Below are positions 30,642 through 41,079 of a stretch of 64,000 nucleotides of DNA, piece by piece (positions within the stretch are counted from its first letter, which is position 1; every line of letters begins with the position of its first letter). This stretch comes from Polyangiaceae bacterium. Lineage in GTDB: Bacteria; Myxococcota_A; Polyangia; Polyangiales; Polyangiaceae. Position numbers and translations under genes: made by a program. The stretch lies in NCBI GenBank assembly GCA_033763455.1, contig JANRKO010000023.1, positions 128,001-192,000 on the forward strand, read 5' to 3'. The notes below the pieces were generated by a model. That model was not told the DNA's origin. It worked only from the letters and a program-made list of their open reading frames with translations, and made no database searches.

Positions 30642-32054
30642 TCAATTGCAGCGAAGACCGACGCAGCGCCCGGTGTCGCAGTCCGATGGGAGCAGGCACG
30701 CTTCGCTCCGTGCGCACTTGTGGCAACCCACGCCGCCGCAGTCGACGTCTGTTTCTTCGCCGTTCTTCACGTTGTCGTAACATGTGGATGCCACGCACGT
30801 GCCTCGGCACACGAGTGACGTGCACTCGCGATCCAAGCGACACTCCTTTCCAAGGGCGCAAGGCGCGCAGGCGCCACCACAATCCACGTCTGTTTCGTCC
30901 CAGTTTTTCGTTCCATCTGAACAGGATGGAGCAGCGCATACCTGGACAGTGCAGATTTTCGAAGCGCAATCCTTAACGTTGGCGCACATGCGCGACACCG
31001 CACACGGCGGGCAGGTGCCCCCACAATCCACGTCCGTTTCGTTTAACTGCTTTTGGGAGTCAGCACAGCTCTCTGAACGACACGCGCCGTCAATGCATTT
31101 GCCGCTTACACAATCGGCATCCACCACACAGCGCTCAGCATCGCCACACTTGGGGCAGACGCCTCCCCCGCAATCTGTACCGGTTTCCAGGCTATTTTGG
31201 AGACCATCCGTACAGGATGCTGCGGCGCACGTACCCCCTGCACAAACGCTTGAGGCACACTCTCCTCCGTGACGACACTTTTTGCTGGTGGTGCAGCGAG
31301 TGCAACTCCCACCGCAGTCGACATCGGATTCAGTGCCATTTTGAACGAGATCATCGCAGGCAGGCGGTGAGCACCGGTTGAGCGTACACACCCCACTCTT
31401 GCAATCGGTCGCGAGGTTACACTGGGCGCTTATCGGACACTGCCCGCAAAGGGGGCCCCCGCAGTCAAACCACGATTCGGTTCCATTCTGTTGGCCGTCA
31501 CCGCAGGCAGCAGGACGACACTTTTCGCCCTGGCAAACGTTCGTCTGGCAATCACTGACAGATTTGCAAGGTTGCCCCGCGGGACACGCCGGGCACTTAC
31601 CCGCGCAATCAATACCGACCTCATCACCGTTCTTCACGCCGTCACTGCACGTAGGAACGTCGCATGCGCCTTTGGAGGTGCAGACTCCACTCGCGCAGTC
31701 GCCACCGAAGCGACAAGCGTTACCCTCGGAGCAGGGCGCGCAGTCCGGCCCACCGCAGTCGCGGTCCGTCTCGGTGCCGTTCTTCGTCCCATCTGAGCAA
31801 CTAGATCCCCCTGAATTTCCAGCGGCCCCGGCAATTCCCCCCTGACCTCCAAGCGAGGAAGCTCCCCCCAGGGCGGCCCCACCACCCGCCGCCTGACCAC
31901 CGAGGGCAGACGCCGCGCCGGCGCTCCCACCCACCGCAGCCATATTCAGTTCCACGCGTGCGTCTAGCTTGTAGTTATCTTCTACAAGAATGGGACAACC
32001 CGGCAACAGCAGAGACGCCAACACCGCTGCTAAAACTCCTCGAAGAACACGCAT
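30642..32054 (-). CDS. Cys-rich repeat surface lipoprotein
   Basis: LPGC lipobox, Gly/Ala linker, eight ~47-aa repeats; TGATG coupling to the upstream gene. Confidence 0.85.
   Translation of the reverse strand: MRVLRGVLAAVLASLLLPGCPILVEDNYKLDARVELNMAAVGGSAGAASALGGQAAGGGAALGGASSLGGQGGIAGAAGNSGGSSCSDGTKNGTETDRDCGGPDCAPCSEGNACRFGGDCASGVCTSKGACDVPTCSDGVKNGDEVGIDCAGKCPACPAGQPCKSVSDCQTNVCQGEKCRPAACGDGQQNGTESWFDCGGPLCGQCPISAQCNLATDCKSGVCTLNRCSPPACDDLVQNGTESDVDCGGSCTRCTTSKKCRHGGECASSVCAGGTCAAASCTDGLQNSLETGTDCGGGVCPKCGDAERCVVDADCVSGKCIDGACRSESCADSQKQLNETDVDCGGTCPPCAVSRMCANVKDCASKICTVQVCAAPSCSDGTKNWDETDVDCGGACAPCALGKECRLDRECTSLVCRGTCVASTCYDNVKNGEETDVDCGGVGCHKCARSEACLLPSDCDTGRCVGLRCN
30645..31800 (-). 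repeat. Eight tandem coding repeats C.DG..NG.ETD.DCGG..C..C.....C....DC.S..C....C
   Basis: Counted directly in the translation. Confidence 0.85.
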
Positions 32055-33058
32055 CAGAAGGCCCCCCGCACGCCAACCACTTTACCGTCCGACCACAAGC
32101 CAACTTTGTCTGCGCGAGCCACCGGCTTATCGTCGGTAAGATATAGGAATGCGCCCACCGCAACGCCTACGAGCCCCGTACCATATCCGATAAAGCTTAC
32201 GGTTCGCGTGGTGCGAAAACGTGCAAGCTCATCCGACGCGGAAGCTGGGCATGTTGCGCCACATGCGTCATTCAAATTCCCCTGAGCATTCAACATCATG
32301 AAGCCTGTGACCGCTCCCAGGGCAATGCCGGTGCCTCCCACCCCAAAAGCGACCCAGGCTGCGGTCTTCTGCGGCCCTGCTTCTTTTGGTGGCGGCAAAG
32401 GTGGGGGCGCCCTGGGGGGAACTTGCGCGGCGATGCCTAAAAATAGGCTCTTCTGCTCTCCTTCGCTAACGCCAACCGAAGTCGCTACGAGCACCTCCGA
32501 ACCAAGTTGCACGCGAACGGTGTGCTCACCTGGGTCCACCCATACAGGTTTCTCGCGCTCCGCTTGGGTGAGCGGCTTATCGTCGATGTAGAGGGCAAGC
32601 CTACCATCTTTGGCACCCGAGCCCTGCACCATCAAAGTGATTTTCGGGATCTTGCGATCGAGCTTTTCGATTTCCGCCTTGGCCTCCTCCCGAGCCGCCT
32701 TGAATGCCTCCGGCTCATCTTCGCTTTGCGCTCCAAGGCTTGCGCGCTCGTAACTTGCCCTCGCTGCGACCCAGCGACCCATCGGCTCCAAAGCCCTCCC
32801 CTCCAACAGCGCTAAGGTTGGTGCTGGCATGAGTCGATATGCCTGCGCAAGAAGTGCCTGAGCTTCGGGCCAACGTTGCTCGTGCATGTGTGCCAGCGCG
32901 TCTCGCGCAAGGGCACGCGCTTCTGTGCGTTGGTCTTCTCCCGCGTCAGCTAACGCGATCGAAGACGCGCCGAAGTAGGCCACCCCGAACGTGAACACGA
33001 CTAGGCCGAGACGCCCACGTGCTGGGGAACCAAAAGTCCGGGGGTGATAAGACGGCAT
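32054..33058 (-). CDS. TPR + PEGA-like exported protein
   Basis: Signal peptide, TPR helices (AYRLMPAPTLALLEGRALEPMGRWVAA), PEGA-like VDPGEHTV, hydrophobic hairpin, terminal VGVRGAF. Confidence 0.8.
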   Translation of the reverse strand: MPSYHPRTFGSPARGRLGLVVFTFGVAYFGASSIALADAGEDQRTEARALARDALAHMHEQRWPEAQALLAQAYRLMPAPTLALLEGRALEPMGRWVAARASYERASLGAQSEDEPEAFKAAREEAKAEIEKLDRKIPKITLMVQGSGAKDGRLALYIDDKPLTQAEREKPVWVDPGEHTVRVQLGSEVLVATSVGVSEGEQKSLFLGIAAQVPPRAPPPLPPPKEAGPQKTAAWVAFGVGGTGIALGAVTGFMMLNAQGNLNDACGATCPASASDELARFRTTRTVSFIGYGTGLVGVAVGAFLYLTDDKPVARADKVGLWSDGKVVGVRGAF

Positions 33059-33080
33059 GTCCAGTAATAGGAAGCGGCAC

Positions 33081-34679
33081 TTAGAACCCTAAATCAAAGG
33101 ACCCTGGCTTCTTTTGCGCTTTCTTCTTGGAAGCGTGGCCCGGCCGCGGCGCCGCCTTTCTGCTTGCGGGCTTGGACGCCGGGGCCGCACTCGCCTCGCT
33201 TGGCGGTACTGGGGGCTCTGCTTGAGGGGGCAAGGGCATGGCGGAGGCTGAGGGCATCGCGGACGATGGTGGCCCCGTTGAAGCCGAGGTCGTGGGAACC
33301 GCCGGAGGAGTAACCGGATCTGTGCTTGTAGACACAGATGATGGTTCGGACGCCTGGCGTGTTCCCCACACGTTCAGAACCAACACGGCTACTGCCACCA
33401 CCGCGACACCGGTGGCTATTACTACCGCCAACAGCATCGGCATTCTCGGGGCGACCCTTTGAGGCGCGGCAGCGGGAGTAAGTTCGGTAGCGCCGTGGCG
33501 ACTGCTAGGCGGTACGCCATCTTCCACAGCAAGAGTGACCGGCAGGCCACGGGGTGGGCCCCCCTCACGTCCCGGCGCTGGGCCGGGGGGAAGGAGGGCG
33601 GGATGCGGCACACTCGCTGGAGCCTGGGCGAGTAGGTCGTCGAGCTCGCCGATAACCTTCAACGCTTCTTCATCGCCCGCTGGCATCATCGAGGTCGTGT
33701 CGATCTTGACGCCATCGATTCCCGCTTGCAGCCAGCCAGTTTTGAGCGAGGCGCCAAAAGCATCCTCACGGATACCGCGCTCGTACAACCAGAGCGCCAA
33801 TGATTCGCCGAATACACGCATCGTATCCCAGCGCTCTTGCCTGCGCTTGCGCAAACCACGCTCGATTATGACCCACAGAGCTTTGTCACCGACGTCGTAC
33901 TCAAGAATGGGGCGCACCGGATCGTGCACAATTGCACGCAGCACAGCTAAATAGTTGGAGCCCTCGTGTCCGAACGGGCGGCAGCCCGCCATCAACTCAT
34001 AGAGCACCACACAAAGCGCCCAAACGTCGGTTCGATGATCGATATCAGGCTCTCCGCGGGCCTGTTCCGGCGCCATATAGTCCGGAGTTCCAAGGAGTGC
34101 TCCAGAACGTGTGAGCGTGCCTGTTCCTTCTGAAAAACGGGCAATCCCAAAATCAACGATCTTGGGCTGAAGCCGCCCATATTCGTCGCTCGCAATGAAA
34201 ATATTCTCGGGCTTGATGTCACGGTGCACGATGCCGCGACCGTGCGCAGTTGCCAGTGCATCGGCGATCGGAAGCATCATCTGAAGCGCACGAGTAACCT
34301 CAAGCTTACCCTCGCGCCCCAGAAGAGCTGAAAGGGGCTCCCCCTTCAGTAACTCCATCACAATGAAAGGCGTGTTGTCTTCCATCTGCCCGAAGTCAAA
34401 TACGCGCACGATGGCGGGGTGGTCTAACCGAGCGGCGGCTCGTGCCTCTTGTAACAACCGCTTATGCATGTTGGAGGCATCCGCTCTAGGCATGTCGATG
34501 CGCATGAACTTGATCGCGATGTCGACGTCCAAGACTTCATTTTTTGCCGTCCACACAGAGCCCATGGCCCCTTCGCCAATCTGGCGGATCAACCGATACT
34601 TATTCGCGACCAACTCCCCCGGCCTAAGCGGTGTCGACGACTTAAAGTCCGAAATAGATGAGCCGCTCGCACGCGTCAC
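33081..34679 (-). CDS. Membrane Ser/Thr protein kinase
   Basis: IGEGAMGSV, AIK, HRDIKPEN, DFG, GTPDYMAPE, TM helix, Pro-rich tail ending DLGF. The start is approximate. Confidence 0.93.
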   Translation of the reverse strand: MTRASGSSISDFKSSTPLRPGELVANKYRLIRQIGEGAMGSVWTAKNEVLDVDIAIKFMRIDMPRADASNMHKRLLQEARAAARLDHPAIVRVFDFGQMEDNTPFIVMELLKGEPLSALLGREGKLEVTRALQMMLPIADALATAHGRGIVHRDIKPENIFIASDEYGRLQPKIVDFGIARFSEGTGTLTRSGALLGTPDYMAPEQARGEPDIDHRTDVWALCVVLYELMAGCRPFGHEGSNYLAVLRAIVHDPVRPILEYDVGDKALWVIIERGLRKRRQERWDTMRVFGESLALWLYERGIREDAFGASLKTGWLQAGIDGVKIDTTSMMPAGDEEALKVIGELDDLLAQAPASVPHPALLPPGPAPGREGGPPRGLPVTLAVEDGVPPSSRHGATELTPAAAPQRVAPRMPMLLAVVIATGVAVVAVAVLVLNVWGTRQASEPSSVSTSTDPVTPPAVPTTSASTGPPSSAMPSASAMPLPPQAEPPVPPSEASAAPASKPASRKAAPRPGHASKKKAQKKPGSFDLGF

Positions 34680-34892
34680 GTTTGCGCACCTACATGTGGG
34701 AAGGAAACTCGGGCCACTACTTAGAATAGGACCGAGTGCGGGCGCGGAGAAGCACGAAGCAACGAATCGTCTCAAAAATAAAGCTGCACAGAGGAGCTCG
34801 TCTGTGCATGTGGGAAAGTGCGGGCCAAGGAATGACAGCGGCAACTTGGGCCTGGGCTGCACGCCAGACGACCCTGGTGGGGTGGGCGAGGA

Positions 34893-35795
34893 TTGTGTGA
34901 TAATGGAGTGGTTGTGGCTGCAAGTGCTGGGACTTACACTGAGAGTGCCGCGTGGGTAGGAGCGGGGATATTTGCCACACTGCTTGCGGGCTGCGCAAAC
35001 GCTCGCGCTGAGAACGAAACACACGCGCCAAAGCACGCGTCAGCTACCCGGTTTGGTGTGGAACCTGCCGCCCCACCCGCATGCCCTAAGGAAATGGCGA
35101 AAGTGGGCAAGGCCTGTGTCGACCGCTGGGAGGCACATCTTATGTTTCGTGGCGAAACCGGCACGCTGGAACCTCACCCGCACTTCCTGAGGCCGGCTCC
35201 AGGCGTTAAATACGAAGCTCGCTCAGAACCTGGCGTAAAGCCACAAGGTTACATCAGTCGCACAGAGTCCATCTCGGCCTGCTCGAATGCAGGCAAGCGA
35301 TTGTGTTCTGTATCTGAATGGTATGCGGCGTGCTCGGGCAGCAGACACACCACTTACCCCTACGGGCCGAAGTACGAAAAGCGCGTTTGCAATGTGAGTC
35401 GCCCGCACCTTTTGACCAAGTTCTTTGGGAGCAACGCGCGCGCTTGGAAGTACGACGAGCATTTCAACAACCCAAAGCTCAATCAGCTACAAGGTTGGCT
35501 TGCCAATACGGGTGCTTTTGCTGGCTGCACTAGCGACTACGGAGTAAGCGACATGGTGGGCAACCTTCACGAATGGGTGGCTGATCAGGCAAGTGCTGAG
35601 GCTGTGCGCGAGGTTCCCCTGCGACCAGAAATTCGCCGCGCCTTGGTGCCCCACCGCTCAGGGCGGGGTGTGTTTATGGGTGGGTTCTATAGCACCGGCA
35701 GCGAACACGGCGACGGTTGCACCTTTGTAACCATGGCGCACGAGCCAAGCTATCACGACTACTCAACCGGCTTTCGCTGCTGCAAAGATCTGTGA
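34893..35795 (+). CDS. Formylglycine-generating enzyme (SUMF1/FGE-sulfatase) domain lipoprotein
   Basis: LAGC, CVDRWEA, GKRLCSVSEW, YGVSDMVGNLHEWV, TGFRCC. The start is uncertain. Confidence 0.85.
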   Translation: MCDNGVVVAASAGTYTESAAWVGAGIFATLLAGCANARAENETHAPKHASATRFGVEPAAPPACPKEMAKVGKACVDRWEAHLMFRGETGTLEPHPHFLRPAPGVKYEARSEPGVKPQGYISRTESISACSNAGKRLCSVSEWYAACSGSRHTTYPYGPKYEKRVCNVSRPHLLTKFFGSNARAWKYDEHFNNPKLNQLQGWLANTGAFAGCTSDYGVSDMVGNLHEWVADQASAEAVREVPLRPEIRRALVPHRSGRGVFMGGFYSTGSEHGDGCTFVTMAHEPSYHDYSTGFRCCKDL

Positions 35796-35842
35796 GTGGA
35801 GCCGCCAAGGGAGGGGCACCCTCCACGAAGGCGCTTCTGGAG

Positions 35843-36091
35843 TTAACCGCGATTGCTGCGCTCCATTCGTAGCATCTCCTGGATGCTATCGGAGCGCACT
35901 GCCTCCACCCCTCGGGTACGTTCCCACTGGCGAGCACGCTCCACCGCGTGAGCGCGACCCTCTAATTGGTGTGCCGAAGACGCCTCGTCCGGAGCCCTCT
36001 GGGCCACACGAAAACTTCCACTCTGTGGGGGGAACTGGACGTCCGGCTGTGAAACCGAAGACAAAGCCACTGAACCTTTCAAGCTGCACAT
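35843..36091 (-). CDS. Possible small hypothetical protein
   Basis: The ORF fills an otherwise empty 470-bp gap and has a helical, charged C-terminal half. The start is uncertain. Confidence 0.35.
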   Translation of the reverse strand: MCSLKGSVALSSVSQPDVQFPPQSGSFRVAQRAPDEASSAHQLEGRAHAVERARQWERTRGVEAVRSDSIQEMLRMERSNRG

Positions 36092-36266
36092 CCTTTTAGT
36101 CTGATGGTTCGATGTTACGGGAAGGCTATCAGGATGTGACACTTCCAAGTCGAGATGGCCCACTTAACTGCCAATACCGGCCCTCGAGTACACTTTCTGC
36201 GCTCCAGCCGTGTGCGCCAAAGTAGGCAAACACCTACTGCTTGGGCATTCGGTTCTCGCCGGACCC

Positions 36267-37541
36267 CTAGTGCGAGGCCGCTTGTTCCGCCCGGCGCAGA
36301 TTCTCCGCGGCCAACGAGCGTGGAGCCAGAACTGGAGCTTCCCCTGGGCCGGAGTAATCGACCCAATGCGCTTTCTCTTCTCGCACGTCGAGGTGGACGA
36401 ACGTCGAGTTAGGGTAATAACCCACGCCCACACGATCCAGCGTTAGCAAGTAATCGCGCAGCGCCTCGTTCGGCACGCCGATGATCGTAAAATCGACCGC
36501 GCGCCCCAAGTGGTGCCGGGAGTCTTGAACGAAGGACTTTTCTCGGAGGCCACTGATGATTCGCAACTCTCTGCCACCAAACTTGTCGCTCAATTCGACG
36601 AGCAAGCGCATCAAACGTGGCTCCACCTCTGGCCATGCCGGGCTCGCATTGAGCAAAGCAGATATCTCGGTCCGAGCTTTGGGCAACACTCGGCCGGAAG
36701 GTCCGAAAGCGTAGCCCTTCCACGAGCGAGAGTACCCAGTGAGGGTTACGTAACCGCGCTTGCGCGCGGGCTTCACGTAGGATTTCCAGCTCACCTTCGA
36801 GCCTTTCGCGAGAGCTGCTCGGCGCGGCGCAGTTTTCGCCGAGTTCGTGAAGTTGCCATGGTACATCTGGCGGGCTCGTTCGCCGTCTTTGTCGTCTTTG
36901 GTTGGGATGAGAAGCTTCTGACCGGGACGCAGCTTCACGCCTCTTGAAATCCCCGATGCGTTGCAGATGGCATCCACTGAAACCTGATACCGCTTGGCAA
37001 TCGACCCCAGACGCTGCCCACTGTAGACCGTATGGACTCGAGGAAGGGCCCCGGGTTTCTGCGAGCGTTGGGAATTCCCTTTCGGTGCCAACGGCGCGGA
37101 GACACGGCTTACTTTTGGGGCAGCCTTAAGCTGCTCGGGTGCTACGGCCGTGCCCTCCGAGGGCTGAGCTTCCAACGGAGCATCAGGGGCAGCGGCCTCA
37201 GGTTCCGTCGCTTGAACTTCGCTCGCCTCATCTTCGGATCCGGCAGCGCTTGGCCCAGGTGGTATCGCCACTAAATCATGCTCTGGGTCGCTCGCTTTCT
37301 TCTCTGCCACATTCCCTTTGGCAGGGATGATCAGCTTCTGTCCGACTCGCAAGCGGTCAGCTCTACCAATTTGGTTGGCTTCGCAGAGCGCCTCAACTGT
37401 TACGTGGTAGCGCTTGGCAATCGAACCCAGGCGCTGGCCTGGGTAAACCGTGTGGATCGTCAAGGGCCGCGCATTCCCAGGGAAGGACCAGACGAGCAGC
37501 ACAGGCAACAGCCACGGAACGATCAGGTAGTGGAGGCGCAT
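36267..37541 (-). CDS. LysM x2 + peptidase M15/DUF882 (YcbK-like) cell-wall peptidase
   Basis: Two HTVY.GQRLGSIAKRY LysM repeats; IISGLR, SRHHLGRAVDF, GVGYYP, FVHLDVR. Confidence 0.9.
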   Translation of the reverse strand: MRLHYLIVPWLLPVLLVWSFPGNARPLTIHTVYPGQRLGSIAKRYHVTVEALCEANQIGRADRLRVGQKLIIPAKGNVAEKKASDPEHDLVAIPPGPSAAGSEDEASEVQATEPEAAAPDAPLEAQPSEGTAVAPEQLKAAPKVSRVSAPLAPKGNSQRSQKPGALPRVHTVYSGQRLGSIAKRYQVSVDAICNASGISRGVKLRPGQKLLIPTKDDKDGERARQMYHGNFTNSAKTAPRRAALAKGSKVSWKSYVKPARKRGYVTLTGYSRSWKGYAFGPSGRVLPKARTEISALLNASPAWPEVEPRLMRLLVELSDKFGGRELRIISGLREKSFVQDSRHHLGRAVDFTIIGVPNEALRDYLLTLDRVGVGYYPNSTFVHLDVREEKAHWVDYSGPGEAPVLAPRSLAAENLRRAEQAASH

Positions 37542-37686
37542 GGGGGTGGGTATTACCCGCCAGAAAGACTCAGTGCAAACGGGACCCACGTGTGGCGCGA
37601 GGCCACCCGGCCATCCCGAGAAGGCTCAATTTCGAGCAGAAGCTCAGCAATTGTGCGGCCAGCGCGGGAAGACTAAGCTTCGCAGC

Positions 37687-38838
37687 ATGCGTCTCAGCCA
37701 CCCACTGTCGCTCGCCGCGTGCCTCTTGGCCGTGAGCCTGAATAGCTGTCATCGTACTGAAAGAAATAGTCGAATTGAAGCCTTAAAAGCCCCCACCCCA
37801 CCTGCTGCGCTCCCTCGGGCTCCCGCACCCAAGCCACTGCCGATCCCTCCACTTTCGGCTGGAGCGCGCACGGAGGACGAACAGAATACAATCGCTGTTT
37901 TTCAGAACGCGGCCCCAGCCACCGTGTTTGTGACTCAACACACCTTGGTGACGGACCGTTTCTGGGGCCAGACCTCCGAAGTTGCATCGGGCTCCGGCTC
38001 CGGATTTGTTTGGGATACCGAGGGACACATCGTCACCAATTTCCACGTGGTGGCTAACGCACGCCGTCTCACGGTTACGCTGCAGAATCAGACAACGTTG
38101 GACGCCGAACTGGTAGGAGTGGAACCTCGTCGCGACATCGCCGTGCTAAAGATCAAAGCTCCAGCAGGGTCGCTAACACCTCTAAAAGTGTTGCCAAAGA
38201 ACCACCTCCTTCAGGTAGGACAGAAGGTTATAGCCATTGGGAACCCGTTTGGTCTGGATCATACGCTCACCACAGGGGTGATCAGTGCGCTCGGCCGCTC
38301 GATGCAGGGAGCCGGCGGCGTCACTATCCCAGACATGGTGCAGACTGACGCTGCGATCAATCCTGGCAATTCCGGTGGCCCATTGTTGGATAGCAGCGGG
38401 CAACTGATTGGCATGAACACCGCTATCTATTCTCCGAGTGGAACTTCCGCTGGTATCGGCTTCGCGGTGCCCGTGAGTTCGGTGGCGCGAATCGTCCCGC
38501 AAATCATTAAGACGGGGCGCGCTGAGCAGGTTGGCCTCGGTGTCCAGATTGATCCGAATGGCAGGCTGGAACGCCGTATTGGGATCCAAGGGGTTATTGT
38601 GCTCAGTGTCATAGGAACGGGCCCCGCAGAAAAAGCTGGGATCCAGGGCATTCGTCAGACACCCTCCGGCCCGGAGCTGGGCGACGTGATCGTCAAGATC
38701 GGATCCACCCCGATCCATTCTTACGACGATCTGTATAACGAGCTCGATCGCCACGCAGCAGGCGATGAGGTAGAGATCACCGTGCTGCGCAAAGCTCAGC
38801 TTGTCACGGTGCGACTGAAGCTAGTGGTTGTCTCCTAG
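37687..38838 (+). CDS. Trypsin-like HtrA serine protease with one PDZ domain (lipoprotein)
   Basis: GSGSGFVWD, VTNFHVV, DIAVL, QTDAAINPGNSGGPL. Confidence 0.93.
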   Translation: MRLSHPLSLAACLLAVSLNSCHRTERNSRIEALKAPTPPAALPRAPAPKPLPIPPLSAGARTEDEQNTIAVFQNAAPATVFVTQHTLVTDRFWGQTSEVASGSGSGFVWDTEGHIVTNFHVVANARRLTVTLQNQTTLDAELVGVEPRRDIAVLKIKAPAGSLTPLKVLPKNHLLQVGQKVIAIGNPFGLDHTLTTGVISALGRSMQGAGGVTIPDMVQTDAAINPGNSGGPLLDSSGQLIGMNTAIYSPSGTSAGIGFAVPVSSVARIVPQIIKTGRAEQVGLGVQIDPNGRLERRIGIQGVIVLSVIGTGPAEKAGIQGIRQTPSGPELGDVIVKIGSTPIHSYDDLYNELDRHAAGDEVEITVLRKAQLVTVRLKLVVVS

Positions 38839-39230
38839 CTTGCCGGAGTGGGCTCGTTTTCGGCGAGCTCGTTTTCGGTATTGCCCGGTTCGTCACGGCG
38901 ATTGAGCCGTTCGATTCGACCATCCTTAGCTCGCTTATAGACAAACAAAGGCGCGGGCGGAGCTTCGGGCGCCAACTCTTTTGCCTTCCTCGCGCTCGGC
39001 GGCCGCTCCTTCGGAGCACGTGGCTCCCGCGGTTTGCGAGCACGAGCTTCAGCCGGTTCTCGCTTGGGGCGACGGGTAGCCTTAGGGCCCTTCACCCGCA
39101 CTATCGGATTGGCACGAATACGTTCGAGCTCAGCTGCAATGGTTTGGCGAATAGTCTGATCCACCGCTCGCACCATGTCTTCAATGAACGCGTCCATGCA
39201 CGCGATGATTTGCTGCTGCTCCGGATTCAT
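38835..39230 (-). CDS. Hypothetical basic protein
   Basis: 131-aa ORF with an N-terminal amphipathic helix and an Arg/Lys/Pro-rich middle. Confidence 0.55.
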   Translation of the reverse strand: MNPEQQQIIACMDAFIEDMVRAVDQTIRQTIAAELERIRANPIVRVKGPKATRRPKREPAEARARKPREPRAPKERPPSARKAKELAPEAPPAPLFVYKRAKDGRIERLNRRDEPGNTENELAENEPTPAS

Positions 39231-39333
39231 GTGTTCCGCTCTCTCATGAGTGGCCGCCTCTCGTCAAGCAGAGGAAAGCCTCCCAAGCACCGCCCCGTAG
39301 GACACCGTTTGGTCGCCCCGGCAGCCAGCAAGC

Positions 39334-41079
39334 TCAGGGCACTCGAGAATGCGCGGCGACCGGGAAATACTCCGCCTCGTAGAGCCGCAAGAACCTATCA
39401 AATCCCTCTTGAGCCACGCTCTCGTACACACCCGAGAAGGTACCTTCCGAGAGCTCCAAACCGGCCGCATCTGGCACTTTCCAGGACGAAGACTTGAACA
39501 CCAAGCTCTCCGCAACGTCAGGGATGGTGAACACTGCATTGAACACCAACCCCACACCCACGAACACGCCCCGAGGCTTCCGGCTCAGATAGATCCCCGC
39601 GCCCCCCACCACGTATTCAACTAACAGTGTTGGGACCGGGAACACCACGGGCGTACCCTCTGGCTCATCTACCGGCGGTCCGAGGGCGAACTTAAGCACG
39701 TCTTCGGGAAAGATTTGCTGCCACTTTTGCGCGAGCGCCTGCCCAGCACGAGCCTCCCGTGGCTCGGAACGCTTGGCATCGAAGTACTGAGACGGCAGTG
39801 ACTCCGCCCCCGCGTAGTAGATACTTTTCTCCACCTGCCGATCAGCCGTCGTTAAGCTGGCCCGCAGAACGCGGCGAAAACGCACCAGGACCGTGCCACG
39901 AAACGTCCTGGAGAAATTGAGCAGCTTTCTAACAAATTCGAGGTTATTGGCAGAAAAAACGGCTGACTGCTGATATCGCGCCAATATCGATGCATAAAAG
40001 CGATTCAACGCTTCTTCATATTCCCCTCGAAACAGGGTCTGCTCGCGTTGATACCGTTCATGAAAGGCGACGAGGGCCGTCAGCGTGCCTTCGGCTGCTG
40101 CGCGCTTGAGTTCACCCAAGAGAGCCTGTTTGAGTGCTGCACTGATTTCCGCCTCTATCTTGCTGCCGGCATGCGACTTGGCGAAACCGAGAAGCGCTTC
40201 AGTATTCTTACCCTGCACCGTGGCAAGAAGCTCGGCCCTAGGCAGCAACGTTTCAACGACCACTGGCCGCGCACCACCTCGCAGCAAGTACGTCCGGTAG
40301 GACGCCGGGGTGTTAACCTGAACTGCGTGCTCAAACAACCGAGCTTCGCTCAGTTTGTTCCGAAGCATGAACCCCACGTAGCCCAGCCCAACCGAAACCG
40401 GGAGAGCGACGAGTAACCCCAATGCCACGAAACGTTTTTGCGAGGGGGGCAACAGTGGTGTTTTTGGCGAAAATGGGTTAGAAAAGCCCGTATCGCGCAG
40501 CGGATCTAACGCCGCAAGATCACGCAGGTTCATCGCTTCAAGCGCTGCCGCATAGGAGGCTTGTGAGGAGCGCACTGCCTCAACCAGCTGCTCGGCTCTA
40601 GCCGATGCACCAGCATCGAAATCGCTCAACCCCTCTTTGAACTTCAACCGAAGTACGCTGCCTTTGGCTTCGATGGCCTCAAGCTCATTGAGCGGGGAAA
40701 CCTTAAACGAATCGGTGCGGGCATCCACGACGCCGAATGGAAACAGGTAGCGACCCGGACGGTACGGCAGAAGCTTTGGCGCCATGAACCGAACGCGCGC
40801 CATTAGGAAGCCAACTGCGGCCGTTAGAAGCAGGGCTGAGTAAACTGCCACGGCGGGAAGCGGTGCTATGGCTAACGAGTTCTCTGGATTACCAAAGCCA
40901 ACGGCTCCCGCACCGAAAGCCGCAAGCACTGCGACCACGCTCCCCAAAAAAGGCGCACGCCAACGAGCCTCAGTGGAGGCCGAGAAAATCAACGGCACCG
41001 GCTGCGATAAACCCTTTGCCGAGTGCGTGAACCGATCCTGAACGGCGCGTGATACTTTGAAAAACTCGACGGTTCTCAT
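39334..41079 (-). CDS. Hypothetical membrane protein (3 TM plus a large helical extracytoplasmic domain)
   Basis: Long ORF, three hydrophobic segments, repeated helical motifs (NTPASYRTYL, GTLTALVAF). Confidence 0.75.
   Translation of the reverse strand: MRTVEFFKVSRAVQDRFTHSAKGLSQPVPLIFSASTEARWRAPFLGSVVAVLAAFGAGAVGFGNPENSLAIAPLPAVAVYSALLLTAAVGFLMARVRFMAPKLLPYRPGRYLFPFGVVDARTDSFKVSPLNELEAIEAKGSVLRLKFKEGLSDFDAGASARAEQLVEAVRSSQASYAAALEAMNLRDLAALDPLRDTGFSNPFSPKTPLLPPSQKRFVALGLLVALPVSVGLGYVGFMLRNKLSEARLFEHAVQVNTPASYRTYLLRGGARPVVVETLLPRAELLATVQGKNTEALLGFAKSHAGSKIEAEISAALKQALLGELKRAAAEGTLTALVAFHERYQREQTLFRGEYEEALNRFYASILARYQQSAVFSANNLEFVRKLLNFSRTFRGTVLVRFRRVLRASLTTADRQVEKSIYYAGAESLPSQYFDAKRSEPREARAGQALAQKWQQIFPEDVLKFALGPPVDEPEGTPVVFPVPTLLVEYVVGGAGIYLSRKPRGVFVGVGLVFNAVFTIPDVAESLVFKSSSWKVPDAAGLELSEGTFSGVYESVAQEGFDRFLRLYEAEYFPVAAHSRVP

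Noticed and set aside
34680..35036. 5' extension of the kinase ORF (651 aa in the ORF track)
   Set aside because: It overlaps the divergent FGE-domain gene and has no protein-like features; a start near 34679 is preferred.
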